Positions 1 through 11,791 of a DNA stretch of 64,000 nucleotides are shown one piece after another. Where the stretch lies: positions 22,072,001 to 22,136,000 of the forward strand of contig NC_043020.1 in NCBI RefSeq assembly GCF_006345805.1, read 5' to 3'. The position numbers and the translations under genes were made by a program. The notes below the pieces were generated by a model. The model was not told the origin of the DNA. It did no database searches and saw only the letters and a list, made by a program, of their open reading frames with translations. The stretch's first letter is position 1; each line of letters begins with the position of its first letter. Origin of the DNA: Octopus sinensis (Eukaryota).

Positions 1-7
1 GGTAAGT
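1..7 (+). other. GCDH: Possible splice donor of the preceding GCDH exon
   Basis: The window opens with G|GTAAGT. A phase-1 G joined to the GT at 6129 would give GGT (Gly) in frame. The exon itself is outside the window. Confidence 0.4.
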
Positions 8-16
8 GTGTTTCAC

Positions 17-265
17 CATCGTCATCGTTTAACGTCCGTTTTCCATGCTGGCATGAGTTGGACGGTTTGACAGGGGATTGGCAGGCCAGGAGGCTGCACT
101 AGGCTCCATTCTGATCTGGCAATTTTTCTACAACTGGATGCCTTTCTTAAGGCCAGCCACTCCGAGAGTGTAGTGGGTGCTTTTTACGTGCCACCAGCAT
201 GGGAGCCAGTAAGGTGACACTGGCATCAGCCACGTTCGGATGGTGCTTTTTACGTGCTGCCAGCC
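17..265 (-). mobile_element. SINE with (GAT)n tail (type 1)
   Basis: Reverse complement of the ...CATGCTAGCATGGAAAACGGACGTTAAACGATGATG family, also seen at 5866, 15212, 47366, 48320, 58951 and 59589. Confidence 0.8.
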
Positions 266-1296
266 AGTCGAAGCAGTGGGGGCTGAGATCGACCGCATCA
301 AAATCTGGGAGAAGGCCTTGCTTCAGATAAACACACGGTGTGGTGCAGCAAAATCCAGAAAGAATCAGTAAGGCCAATCTCCGAGAAGAATTGTGATAGA
401 AGTGGGTAGAACCGGTGGAAGAATGGATCTTGAAGCACAACTTAAGGAAGCAACATCTGGCATTATACATGTCCCTGATCTGGAACTCACAACAGAGATG
501 GAAGAGATTATAGAGGCGAGATACTGAAGTAGAACTAAAAAAATAAGGGATCCAACTGGAAAGAAGCAGAAAAACCAGCCCTGAGTCAAGAACAGGGGAG
601 AAAAGTTATTGATGGCCCTTCACTGCGTAGGAAGAGAAGGGCTTGAGTGAGTTTAAATTGTTGAATAATTTAAATATTATATTATATCAAGCAATACAAC
701 TTAGTGATGTGTTTATTTCACGGCTTATCTTTCCAATCAAGTCCCTAACATTCTGTGCAGAATCCTCCTCTTCACTACTTCTCAGCCTCAGTGGTTCCCA
801 ACTGATTTTTGGCCATGCTCCACTGATTCATTTCTAAAATCTTGATGCCCCCTTGTGATATTTAATTTTTGTTATTCAAAATTTGGTTAATGTTTACCAT
901 TATTACCTGGAAACAAAATAAAAAATAATGCAACGGATGTGAAAAAATGTTTAGGAAATGAATATGAAAACAAAAAGGGGAAAGCAATGGTGGGGAGAAC
1001 TTCAGAAAATTCACAAGATCCGAGTTTTCCCCTCATAACTTTTAGGAAAATGTGGGGTTCTTTTTTATAAAATTTTATATAAATACCTTTCAACCGGCAT
1101 AGATTACGATTAAAAAGAAATTTGTGGGAAAATCTTTTCCAAGGTGTGAGGGGAGGACTTTGGAAAATTCACAAAATCCGAGTTTTTCGCTCATAACTTG
1201 GTGACAGTTTATCGTGGATATCCAAATTTTAAATATTCTTTTGAATATTGGCGAACATTTTTTACTTACACAACTCATTTTATGTATTTTTAAATC

Positions 1297-3696
1297 GGCA
1301 TAACTACAGATTTCTGCACCACCGACTTTGGCTGATCATAACTTTCAGAAAAATGTTTATTATTAATGAAATTGTCTACGAATATGTGTTTTATCATGTA
1401 GATTCCGAATATACAAAATTTTTTGGGGAAAAATGTTTTAGGAGGGGTTGGGACAGGGAATTTCAGAAATATCACTGGAGTCAATTCGGCTTAACTTTCA
1501 AGAAAATGGATATTTTTTTAATGAAATTCTCTACAAATATACCTCAGACTATGTAGATTCTGAGGACATAGGAATTTTGGGGAAAAACGATTGGGGGCTA
1601 TTTTTGAGAATTGTTTCTCACTCGCGTGTGTTTCTGAACAAGACGTCCATATTTGTTGCATTTTCTCCGTTTTGTGCATTTGTGCATCCGTAGATTTCCA
1701 CCACACACGCGCGCTCGCGCACATAATTTAAAAAGTTCAGATGGGGAATTATTCTTTTCAGTATCATGTTAATTATAGAAATTATGTAACAAATTATGCT
1801 TCACCCTGGGATCTTTAACTGGGATCTTTTCCTTTTGATAGCCAGATTTCAACACAATTTCTAGTTAACTAAACACTTTAAAACTTCGTATACTGGTAGA
1901 ATGTGTCAAAAGAAAACATTATTTTCTCTTGGGTTTTTTGATAAATTTGTAATTCGTTTGTTTAACGTAGTTTAATTTTTAGAAATTTTAACCAATCCTA
2001 TGCTCTCTTTTGAGCTGAAATCATTTGCTGCATTATCGATATTGATAAACAAACGAGGAGGGTTGTGTTGGCATGTGCTAGAAACAACAGCCATATCTCT
2101 TAAATCGATGAATTTCGTCGCCCAATAAAAATATTAACTATATTTTTTGAATATTTTCTTTATTTTTTTTTTTACCACAAAGGCTTCTCCCATGGTTTTG
2201 AAGGACCAAAAACAACAAAAACAAAACAATAATATGCCTAAATCGGTCTAGAGTGGGATATGAGGGTGCATGGAGTGTGGGTCATATTGTAAAAATTTGC
2301 GAAATATTTTTTCATAAAAGGATGCCCCAGCTTGTCGGAGGCTGTGATATAAATTGGGAAAAAATCCTCGACACCAGTGCGTAATTGGTACTTAATTTAT
2401 CGACCCTGAAACGATGAAACATTGATCCCCCATTTCTGGTTTATTTACCTTTTGTATAAATTTGTTCCAGCAAGGGGCAAAACACAGAGGGGACAAAGCA
2501 TGAGAGACAAAAGTATTAAGTCGATTCTATCGACACCAGTGTGAACTCACGAACGTGTATGTATGCTTGTGTGTGTATGTATATCTCCGTTTGTATGTGT
2601 GTGTACACTTATATATTAATTACTATGTGCTTGTGCAAATGTATATGCATGTGTTTGAGAGAGAGAGAGAGTGTGTGTGTGTGTGGGCAAGTGTACATGT
2701 GTATGTATCTGAATATATGTGTGTGTGTGTATGCGGTGTGCGTATATGTGTATAAGCATGTATCTTTGTATATGTATACTTGTCTGTGTGTGCGAGTGTA
2801 TGTATATTTATTTCTATATGCAAGTGCTTGTATGCGTGTGGGATCTTTTCCTTTTGATATTTAAGAGATATGGCTGTTGTTTCTAGCACATGCCAACACA
2901 ACCCTCTTCGTTTGTTTATCAATATCGATAACGCAGCAAATGATTTCAGCTCAAAAGAGAGCATAGGATTGGTTAAAATTCGAAAAATTAAACTACGTTA
3001 AACAAACGAATTACAAATTTATCAAAAAAGCCAAGTGAAAATAATGTTTTCTTTTGACACATTCTACCAGTATACGAAGTTTTAAAGTGTTTAGTTAACT
3101 AGAAATTGTGTTGAAATCTGGCCATCAAAAGGAAAAGATCCATTTATTTAAAGTGAAAAAAAAATCGTATTCAATACATAAGTCGTCTTAGTAACATATT
3201 TCTGTGTACCAGATGTTTAGCTGCTATTTTTAGCATAACGAGTTTTCTGGCGAGGGCTTCATTTGCCTTCGTTGCTTGTTTGTTGCTTCAGTAGAAATCT
3301 ACAGATGCACAAACGGAGAAAATGCAACAAATACGGACGACTTATTCAGAAACACCCGCGAGTGGAGAACAGTTCTCAAAATTAGCCCCAATCGTTTTCC
3401 CCACAAAATTCCTATGTCATCGGAATCTACATAGTCTGAGGTATATTTGTAGAGAATTTCATTAAAAAATATCCATTTTCTTGAAAGTTAAGATGATTTG
3501 AAGTGGACTCCAGTGAATTTTCCGAAATTCTCCGCCCCCAACCCCTCCTAAAACATTTTCCCCAAAATATTTTGTATATTCGGAATCTACATGATATAAC
3601 ACATTCGTATACAATTTCATTTTAAAAATATCAATTTTTCTGAAAGTTATGACCATCCAAAGTCAGGGATGGGGTATGGAAATCTGTAGTTATGCC
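1297..3696. mobile_element. Outer inverted-repeat arms (~400 bp each, 1297-1698 and 3294-3696) of an unclassified DNA transposon
   Basis: GGCATAACTACAGATTTC (1297) vs GAAATCTGTAGTTATGCC (3679-3696). TGTGCATCCGTAGATTTC vs GAAATCTACAGATGCACA. Internal ~150-bp direct subrepeats. Confidence 0.75.
1822..3141. mobile_element. Long-TIR (fold-back) non-autonomous element with GGATC tips, copy 1
   Basis: Arms 1822-2103 and 2859-3141 are near-identical reverse complements. The interior is shared with 61526-62670. Confidence 0.85.
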
Positions 3697-3873
3697 TTTG
3701 AATCTTCAAAAAGATTTCAGTATAATCTTTCGGAAAATATGCTCAAAAAGAAACAAAAAATATTCCATGAGTCTTCTTAGCCTTATCAATGATGAAAGTT
3801 TTTCTTACCTTTTTGCTGAATTCACAAACTGACTGGTGAGGATAAAATCACCTGTTAATTCTCATCTCTTTTC

Positions 3874-3923
<50 letters not shown>

Positions 3924-4574
3924 ATGTGTACGTTACCTGGTACCATAAATCTCTCTCTCTCTATCTATCAATCTCCCTCTCTCTCCTCTCTTTCTCTCTC
4001 TCTCTTTCTGCCTCTTTCTCTTCCTTTACTGACGCTACTCCTTACTTCCACTACTCCTTACTTCCACTCCATTTCAACCCATTTCTTTCATCCCTCACTA
4101 TCCTCAGAGATAAAAGACTCAGTACTCTTAAAAGACACACCCACTCACATAAGTCTGTCTCCAGTTTATTTCTCCATAGGGAATTAAGATGGCATTGCTT
4201 TCAGTACTGACCAGTTTCAGACTACATACATGCACGCAACACACACACACACACACGTTCTTTATTACTTATATGTTTTCACACAGCACTAAATTGAAGG
4301 AAATAATTCTCTCGAAAACGACCTGCTGTCTCTAAATTGTCCAAATTTTGATAAAATTGTTCACGAAGGAATGTAAAAGAAAATTTTTTTTGATACCTCA
4401 TTCTCAAATTGTCCTATTGGTATACTTAACATTGTGTACAAAAGGTATAAAAATTCAGCATAACTCTACACATGCCTCACCAAAATATTATCATGCCCCA
4501 CCGGTGGGGCATGCGCCCCACGTTGGGAATCACATTTGTAGATAGTTTACATATGCTATGTGTGTGTGTGCATA

Positions 4575-5010
4575 GGTATCCTTCATTGCCAATGATGACC
4601 AAAGATCACATGCAAGAAGAAGACAGGACACGGTGTGTCCAGCTGTGACCAATTCGTCCAATGTGTGCTTGGAAGGCTCTGCCATAGGTTGGGTATTGGT
4701 GGTCTGCTGGGGGAGAAGGCAAGAAGTTGGCTCTGGACTTGTGCAATCTGCCTTTTTTTTGCGCTCCTGTAATTCTGTTCTGTTCATAGGTGGTGGCATC
4801 TCCGTTGGTGCAGCTTCACCAGGCAGGGCAATCTTACACTTGTGCTTCCTTGTTGTCAGGGTTGATCTCAAAGCAGTTTGGTGAGGTATTGAAGATACTT
4901 TTTCTCTCCTCTTTGCATGTGCTTGTCTTCCACCAGTTTGCTGTAAAACAGTCTCTTGGGGACCAGAAATACATTTGTTATCAGTTGGGGCATATTGCAC
5001 CTGTCTCTTT
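4575..5010 (-). mobile_element. RTE (BovB-like) LINE 3' fragment, degenerate
   Basis: Broken frames on the minus strand read PKRLFYSKLVEDK...EINPDN...CPAW.SC..TTYEQNRI...HIGRIGHSWTH, like the RTE ORF C-terminus. Confidence 0.75.
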
Positions 5011-5090
5011 TGGGGAGAAATATATTTATATATTATGTCTGTGTATGTAATATGTGTAATACATAGCATTAACAGTATATTTATATATCA

Positions 5091-5479
5091 ACTAGCAGTA
5101 TCGCCCGGCGTTGCTCAGGTTTGTAAGGGAAATAACTATAAAGCATTTTTAGAGAGTTATAGCCAAAAAATAGCAAAAAAATGGAAAAAAAATGATGGTA
5201 AATTTTTTTTTTGAGAGTAATAAAAGGTTGAGTTGCGTCCCCTAGACAGTCTGTGGTTTGTTTTTTTTATTCTCGACCCCATGTCGAATTTATCGATTTT
5301 TTTCAGAACTGGGGGAACTTTTCAAAATTTTCGCTGCGTTAGTTTTGAATTATGACATTGGGCTATGTGTGTGTCAAGTTTCATCAGAATCGGTTGAAAG
5401 CCGTGGTCAGGGTGAGGGTACGAGAAAACAGACACACAGAAACACGCACAGACAAACTGCCGTTTATATAGAGAGAGAT
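5091..5479 (+). mobile_element. Helitron-associated non-autonomous element (HINE/Lep1/DINE-like)
   Basis: Starts ACTAGCAGTATCGCCCGGCGTTGCTC. Ends AAGTTTCATCAGAATCGG...ACAGACACACAG...TTTATATAGAGAGAGAT, the recalled architecture of this class. Confidence 0.7.
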
Positions 5480-5769
5480 TTCACTTGTTCTGCTATATTA
5501 AATAACTGACTAGTTATCTTGTAGGGATAAAACTGGAACATTTATAATGGGGAAAAAGAAATAAAAAAATAACAGAAAAAAATTTTAATGTAACTAATTC
5601 TGAGCTTGAGGTACTGACAGGTGGCCTGTAGTGTAATTAGTAGCATATTTACCTGGCAGGTGAGATAGATTTGAAGTTCCAATCATATCAATAAGATTGA
5701 TTTTTATTTTCCATCTGAAATTAGTACTGCTTACATTTTATACACACACACACACACACACATATACAT

Positions 5770-5804
<35 letters not shown>

Positions 5805-5865
5805 ATATATAAGAAAATTAGTTTGTGAAAGCACGTGGTTGAATATATATATATATATATTCAAC

Positions 5866-6018
5866 GGAGTGGTTGGCGTTAGGAAGGGCATCCAGCTGTA
5901 GAAACATTGCCAGATAAGACTGGAGCCTGGTGCAGCCTTCTGGCTTCCCAGATCCCCGGTCGAACCGTCCAACCCATGCTAGCATGGAGAACGGACGTTA
6001 AACGATGATGATGATGAT
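5866..6018 (+). mobile_element. SINE type 1, 3' part
   Basis: GGAGTGGTTGGCGTTAGGAAGGGCATCC...GGACGTTAAACGATGATGATG. Confidence 0.85.
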
Positions 6019-6128
6019 ATGTATGTATACATATACATACACAAACATACAGACACACGTTTGTATGTGTGTAGATGTATGATATGTGTGTATGCTTTCA
6101 TGTGTTTGTATGTGTATCCTCTGTGCAG

Positions 6129-6266
6129 GTCCCACCTTTAACTGGCAAGATGCCCTTAATTTGGAAAGTCAACTGACAGAAGAAGAAATTCTGATCCGTG
6201 ACCAATTTCGGGATTATTGTCAAGAAAAACTTATGCCTCGTATATTACTGGCCAACAGGAATGAAG
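6129..6266 (+). CDS. GCDH: Glutaryl-CoA dehydrogenase, internal coding exon (138 bp)
   Basis: Acceptor tgcag| and donor G|gtaagt. Encodes (G)[45 protein letters not shown], matching the recalled GCDH segment [44 protein letters not shown]. Confidence 0.97.
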
Positions 6267-6399
6267 GTAAGTCATAATAAGTTCATCTTTTATTTAGGAA
6301 GAGTAATTCCATTTAAAAGATACTTTCCTCTCATTTATTTTTAGTGAAAGTATCTTTGACAAGGAAATGTTATTGTCATTAGACAGTGTCCAGTATTCA

Positions 6400-8740
6400 T
6401 CTGACATTTTGACCCTCAACCCTAACACCTTCTGTTGGCAGGTCAGCTGTGATGCTGGCCAAACCACAGCTCATCTTCTCCTGACTTCCAATTCAATTTT
6501 TTTCTTCTGTTCCATAACCAACAAATGCCTATTTCTCTAGACTCTCTCTCTCTCATCCTGTGAGCTGCTGTCTTTCTTTCTTTTTGAATACTTGTGACCA
6601 GGGCAGAATAGTTTCTAGAATTAACCTTGGCTTGGAATAGCCATTCTTGCCATTCTTCCTCCCTGCAATTTTGTAAAAGGTGCTGGTATTTGGGACTCTT
6701 TCTCTCAAAGCCTTGATCAAACCTTTCATACCGTTGGACTGTAAGTTCCATCAGCATGACCTTCATCTCTTTAATCCATGGACCCATGTCCAACTTCAAA
6801 TTTGTCAGGATGACGTGATGCGACCATAACCATCTTTCCAGGTCCACCTTAATGCCCCATCATTAGACCTTTTGCTGTGGATCGTTTGTTGTTGATGACT
6901 TATTCTCTTTCCCTCATGAATTTCATTGATGTTGTTATGCCGCGCACTCAACTCAGGACTCTAAGACCCTAGGCCTTCCATGTCGATAACGGGCTCTAAG
7001 TCTCGATGACGACGACGCTCAGTCAAACGGAAGCTCACGACGGAAACGGGGAAAAGCAGCGAACGCAAGGGACCAAGACAATAACAACAGAGAGAGACAG
7101 CAGGAGGCAGTTGCATTTAGTTTAACAATTTATACTTCACAAATCAGAACATTTCAAACAAAAACATTTAACTACAACACAAGGTTAACAAACATTTAAC
7201 AGATCGTACACAGAGTTTAAAAAAAAGAACAATCAATGGCATTTAGCAAAATACAACACCCGACAACAATCAGTTGACATGCAACACAATACAGAATTTG
7301 GAAAACAATCAAAACAAATAGTCTTTCTCTTTCTTTTCCTTCTTTTTACAGTCTCTTTCTCTTTTTTTTTCTCCTCCTTCTAATACAATGTTCTTTTTCT
7401 TTTAGAAACACATCTTACAGTTCTTTTTCTTTTAGAAACACATCTTACAGTTCTTTTTTCTTTCTTTTCACAGTTTATGTCACAGAGTCTTTTTTTTTTC
7501 CAAACATCAGAATTCAAAAACACAAACCAATCAAAAACATGACCGGCACATTCCGAGTCTGCAACATTTTCTAAGCCTCACAGCTACTACGATTGTCATC
7601 TCTGTCCCTGTCACCTCCAACTACACCTGTCTGTCTCTCGTTGTCATCGTCTCTAACTCCCTGCCTGTCTTCCTCGCTTCGCCGTTATCATCTCTTGGCT
7701 GGCTGTCCATATCGACTGACTGTCTCTCTCAACTACTGAACTCCTCTTGCCAACTCAACTCCTGGCTGGCTGTCCGCATCGACTGACCGTCTCTCCCAAC
7801 TACTCCCAACACCAATGCCCCGTCGCCTTTTAAAGGGTGGCATTTTAATTTTTTTTATAAACTTTCCCTGGCCATGTTAGGATCAGAGATCAGTTCCTAA
7901 AATCATTATTTACTGTGGCCGTTGACAGGACAAAGAAGATTTTTTGTCGTCCTGAACAACTGGAGTGCCGCTTCAACTCCAACCAACGGAACTAGGACAC
8001 AATGTTCTCCTGTTTATTTACCTCCATAACAATATTAATGGTTTTTCCTTAGTATTTGGCATGTCTCACATCTCTCCTGCTCCAGGATGTGAGTGAGTAT
8101 CACAAGCACCTTGCCATGGCATCATCTCCATTGAGTGGGTGCTGTTTTAAATTCCAACAGATTGTGTACCAAATTGTCCACTAGTTTCCCTACATACCCC
8201 ACATAGCCAGTCCTCCATCATGTCTCAGTTGTGCAAATTTGTGGCTGTAAGGAGTGTGTCATGCACCAATAACAGCAGGAAGGTGATGCAGAAAAGTCCA
8301 TTGTTCCATTGGTCTAATCATATGGTCTTCTTTTTGGAGAGGCTCTGTTTGAACCAAGCTCCCTCAGAATCAAGTTCTTCATCCTTCATCTTTCTTCTGC
8401 CTCTTGGTGCCGTACTTCTGGTTGGATTATGGCTTTCCTCTTGTTGGAACAGAGATTCCACATTACCAAATATTCTGTTGGTTGGTGGAAGCATGAAGTA
8501 CTCCAAAATAGTTTAAATTGCTTCATTGCCTGTGGCCCTGTGGACAGAGAGGTCCAACACCTGTATAAGACATGGCTCTTCATACCATCACTGGACTTCA
8601 AATAGCTAGGGTCCTGTGCCTCTTCAGCTCTCCATAATATTTTCTTGCCTCTTTGCACCAGATCAAGTAATAACATCAGAGTGACCTCCCTTACACAAAT
8701 AGCTCCTGTGCCTCCCCACCAAAAGAAACAAACATTCATT
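6400..8740 (-). mobile_element. R2-group (HERO/NeSL-like) non-LTR retrotransposon relic, split by a solo LTR
   Basis: ORF 6443-6847 has MELTVQRYERFDQGFERKSPKYQHLLQNCREEEW...CWLWNRR, like a restriction-like endonuclease domain. 8032-8740 has FLLLLVHDTLLTATNLH and CHGKVLVILTHILEQER, like the upstream zinc-knuckle region. Confidence 0.7.
6933..8031. mobile_element. Solo LTR (1,099 bp)
   Basis: Ends TGTTATG...CATAACA (7-bp inverted termini, TG/CA). Flanks ATGT/ATAT are a 4-bp TSD with one mismatch. No ORF; short internal tandem duplications. Confidence 0.75.
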
Positions 8741-9364
8741 TACTTGATGAATCACACCATTTCTCTTCTTTAAAACAGTTTTCAGAAACTAACAAAAGGA
8801 AAGGAAGCAAAATGTTATCCCATTCTTCCTTTATAATAAATCTACACTTCAACTGCCATCACACCATTTTCCCCTGAAACATAAAACGCACATAAACCTC
8901 AACATATTCACACATCTCAATAACCACACACACACACAGTCGTCAATTTCACAGACACAGTAAACCTATATCCCGCTTCATCAATCAAAGGAAAGGTTTT
9001 CTTTACAATTTTGACAATAGTAACACAATATGTTGCCTTCATTTGTTCTCTTTCAGAATCAGTTGACATCACTGGAACAATTGATTGTACTTGACCTGAT
9101 ATGAAGTGTTGGGTCATGGTGACCCAGTCAGTGTTATTATATCAAGTTATAAAGTATTTAGTTGTCTTTTGCTTAATATTTTCTTAATTCTTTGATATAT
9201 GTGTATATTTACATACACACATAAGCAAGTGTTATATATATATATTTATACACACACACATGCACACACACACACTGTGGTTTGGGCTTTTACTGCTCTT
9301 TTTAGCATGTAAGGTGTCCTGTCAAAGGTCACCTTGTGTATAAATACATAAATTGTTTATACAC

Positions 9365-9405
<41 letters not shown>

Positions 9406-10371
9406 CACACACACACACACACACAGACATACACACAAAAATCACACATACGCACACATACACACTGCTATTCCTCTCAAGATTAAAAAAAAATTTCCAG
9501 ATCCAGTTTGCTGTTGAAGCGTCCACATTGGTTCTGTTAATACAAATGCCCTGTTTCAAAATAAATTTAATTAAAACCATCTTCCATCAAAATTTCCTGT
9601 CAATTTATGTCCCAAACACCAGATTAATGAGGACATTTATTTTACTAAATTCTTCATTATTTCCAAAATTAATTGAAACAATGACAATGTATTTGAAGAG
9701 AAATATGATAATGAAAGGGTTAACTTGTGTGTTGTTCAAAACCTGAATGGGTGCAGCAAAAGACCGTTTTCTGCAGTAACTGTATCCTTGCAAGAGATTA
9801 TCTTGTTCCAATGGAAGACATTTTCAGTATCTTTATTGATGGAAACCTTTGTTCTTTTGCAATTTGACAGCTCTTGTGTTTTGTCCTGCAGAGTGTGCAA
9901 AAAAATCACCCTCCTTACCATGCAAGCTTGTTGGGGTTGCTGGTTTGGTCATCAACAACCTGTCACATAGACAGGTTGTACTAGTAGTGCTTGAGACCAA
10001 CCTGACTTGTTCTCAACAAATCATGGGAACATCTAATGAAGGGAAAGCTTTATGGAAATATCCCCAACATGTCACCAGTCGTTTAAGGCGGACAAGATAT
10101 GCTGGTTACCACTTTCAAAGTGAAGATGGACGGCTGAAAGAGATCCTTCTGTTGACCATGAGCTTTGGGAATTCTCATATCAAACCAGAATGACATACAT
10201 TGATCAACTTTCTTGTGAAGTTGAGTTAAAAATAAAAGAATTCAAAAATGTCGTGGAATAGAGGAATGCTTGGAGAGTGAGTGTTTTTGGTCTGGGCAAC
10301 CTTCCTGAAACAATAGATAGCTGAGGGTAGCAGTTCCACCTTGTTGTGAGATGCCTAATTCACAGCTGAAG

Positions 10372-10545
10372 TCTCTAGCTTACAGGTGAAGTATCTAGTT
10401 TTACTTGTGACATACCTAGTTTACAAGTGAGGCACCTGATTTACAGGCAAGGTACCTAGTTTATGGGTGAGGTAACTGGCTTGCAGAGGAGGTACCTGGT
10501 TTACTGGTGAAGTACCTAGTTTACATGGGAGATACCTAGTTAAAA
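10372..10545. repeat. 20-bp minisatellite (~9 degenerate units)
   Basis: Consensus TTACAGGTGAGGTACCTAGT. Confidence 0.8.
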
Positions 10546-10787
10546 GATGAGTTTACAAATGGATAACAAACAAAATTAGAGAGGAGTGAAGAGTGATATT
10601 ATCAACACAGGATAAGCAACCCAGTTATATGAAACAGGATGAAAATGTATGACATAACAAAACCCGCAAGGATGTTTTAGGACCCTTGTCCATTCTGGTC
10701 TTCTTTGTGATATTGTAATAAAACTGTCCTTCACTGATTGATATTAATTTGTAATTGTTCTGTTCATTTCTCTTTAAAAAAAAAAAG

Positions 10788-10911
10788 ATTTTGACCGTGA
10801 AATAATGAATGAAATGGGATCATTAGGTGTTCTTGGTCCGACAATCAAAGGTTATGGATGTGCTGGTGTTTCATCTGTAGCATATGGTTTGATTACAAGA
10901 GAATTGGAAAG
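10788..10911 (+). CDS. GCDH: GCDH coding exon (124 bp)
   Basis: aag|ATTTTGAC...GAAAG|gtgagt. Encodes (D)[40 protein letters not shown](R). Phase matches the previous exon. Too short for the ORF track, read by hand. Confidence 0.96.
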
Positions 10912-10946
10912 GTGAGTAGCTTTGCAGCCAACATAGTTTATATATA

Positions 10947-11180
10947 CAGGGTGGCCCAAAAGTAGGTTTACAGTTATCACGTAAGCATTTTAAATTTCTT
11001 TTAAAGTATTTTATTACATTTAAATTTCTATCTTACAAACTGAAAAGGGAGCTTGACAAAATTAACTAAATTAGCATAGAATAATGGTTTCATATTTTTT
11101 ATAATTAAAATCTAAACTGTTAATATATGAATGCAAAAGAGATAGTTGAGTAACTGTAAACCTACTTTTGGGCCACCCTG
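10947..11180. mobile_element. Tc1/mariner-type MITE (234 bp)
   Basis: Perfect 30-bp TIRs CAGGGTGGCCCAAAAGTAGGTTTACAGTTA, TA on both sides, 35 bp downstream of a GCDH donor. Confidence 0.92.
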
Positions 11181-11681
11181 TATGTCAACTTTGGAGAAGT
11201 CTTGAATTTTTAGGTTATCTCCCTTTTTTTCAAGTGGAGCGGGGTTTTCAATTGCTATTTGGTAATCATGATACATCTTTCCAGAGGTGGAGGTAATTCT
11301 AACCTTTAGTACATTGTAGGTGCATCATGTCACCATATGAGTTTTCTCCCCTGTAGTAACAGGGCAGTGGCAGGGGTAACAATTCTAGAGAATATGCAAT
11401 GCAATAAAAATTAATGAATCAAGAATTTAGATTCTATGGTTCTAGACACACCTGTATTTGCTTATGTTCAGTGTTTGAAGGCTCGGAATAATGAAGTTTA
11501 TTTGTAAAACAAATAAAGGTTAGCACCAGTATGGGCATTAAGGCGTAGAATACAGCTTGAAGAAATCTCCTCCAGACACATGATGATATAGAAAAAGCAG
11601 GCATCAAATGATGGTAGTGATGCTGCTGCTGTTGATGGTGATGGTGTTGATGATGATGCTGTTATTGTTCTCTAATTGTAG

Positions 11682-11791
11682 AGTAGATAGCAGTTACCGT
11701 TCAGCAATGAGTGTCCAGTCATCCCTGGTGATGCACCCCATCAATGAATACGGAACCGAAGAACAGAAAGCCAAATATTTACCAAAATTAG
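11682..11791 (+). CDS. GCDH: GCDH coding exon (110 bp)
   Basis: ttgtag|A...TTAG|gtaagt. Encodes (R)[36 protein letters not shown](A). Confidence 0.97.

Noticed and set aside
789-4535. A single hAT element spanning CAGTGGTTCCCAAC to GTTGGGAATCAC
   Set aside because: The ends resemble hAT termini, but the flanks (CTCAGCCT vs TTGTAGAT) share no 8-bp TSD, so it is unsupported as one unit.
4530-5069. 179-aa ORF as a host gene
   Set aside because: Off-frame reading of a degenerate RTE LINE 3' fragment.
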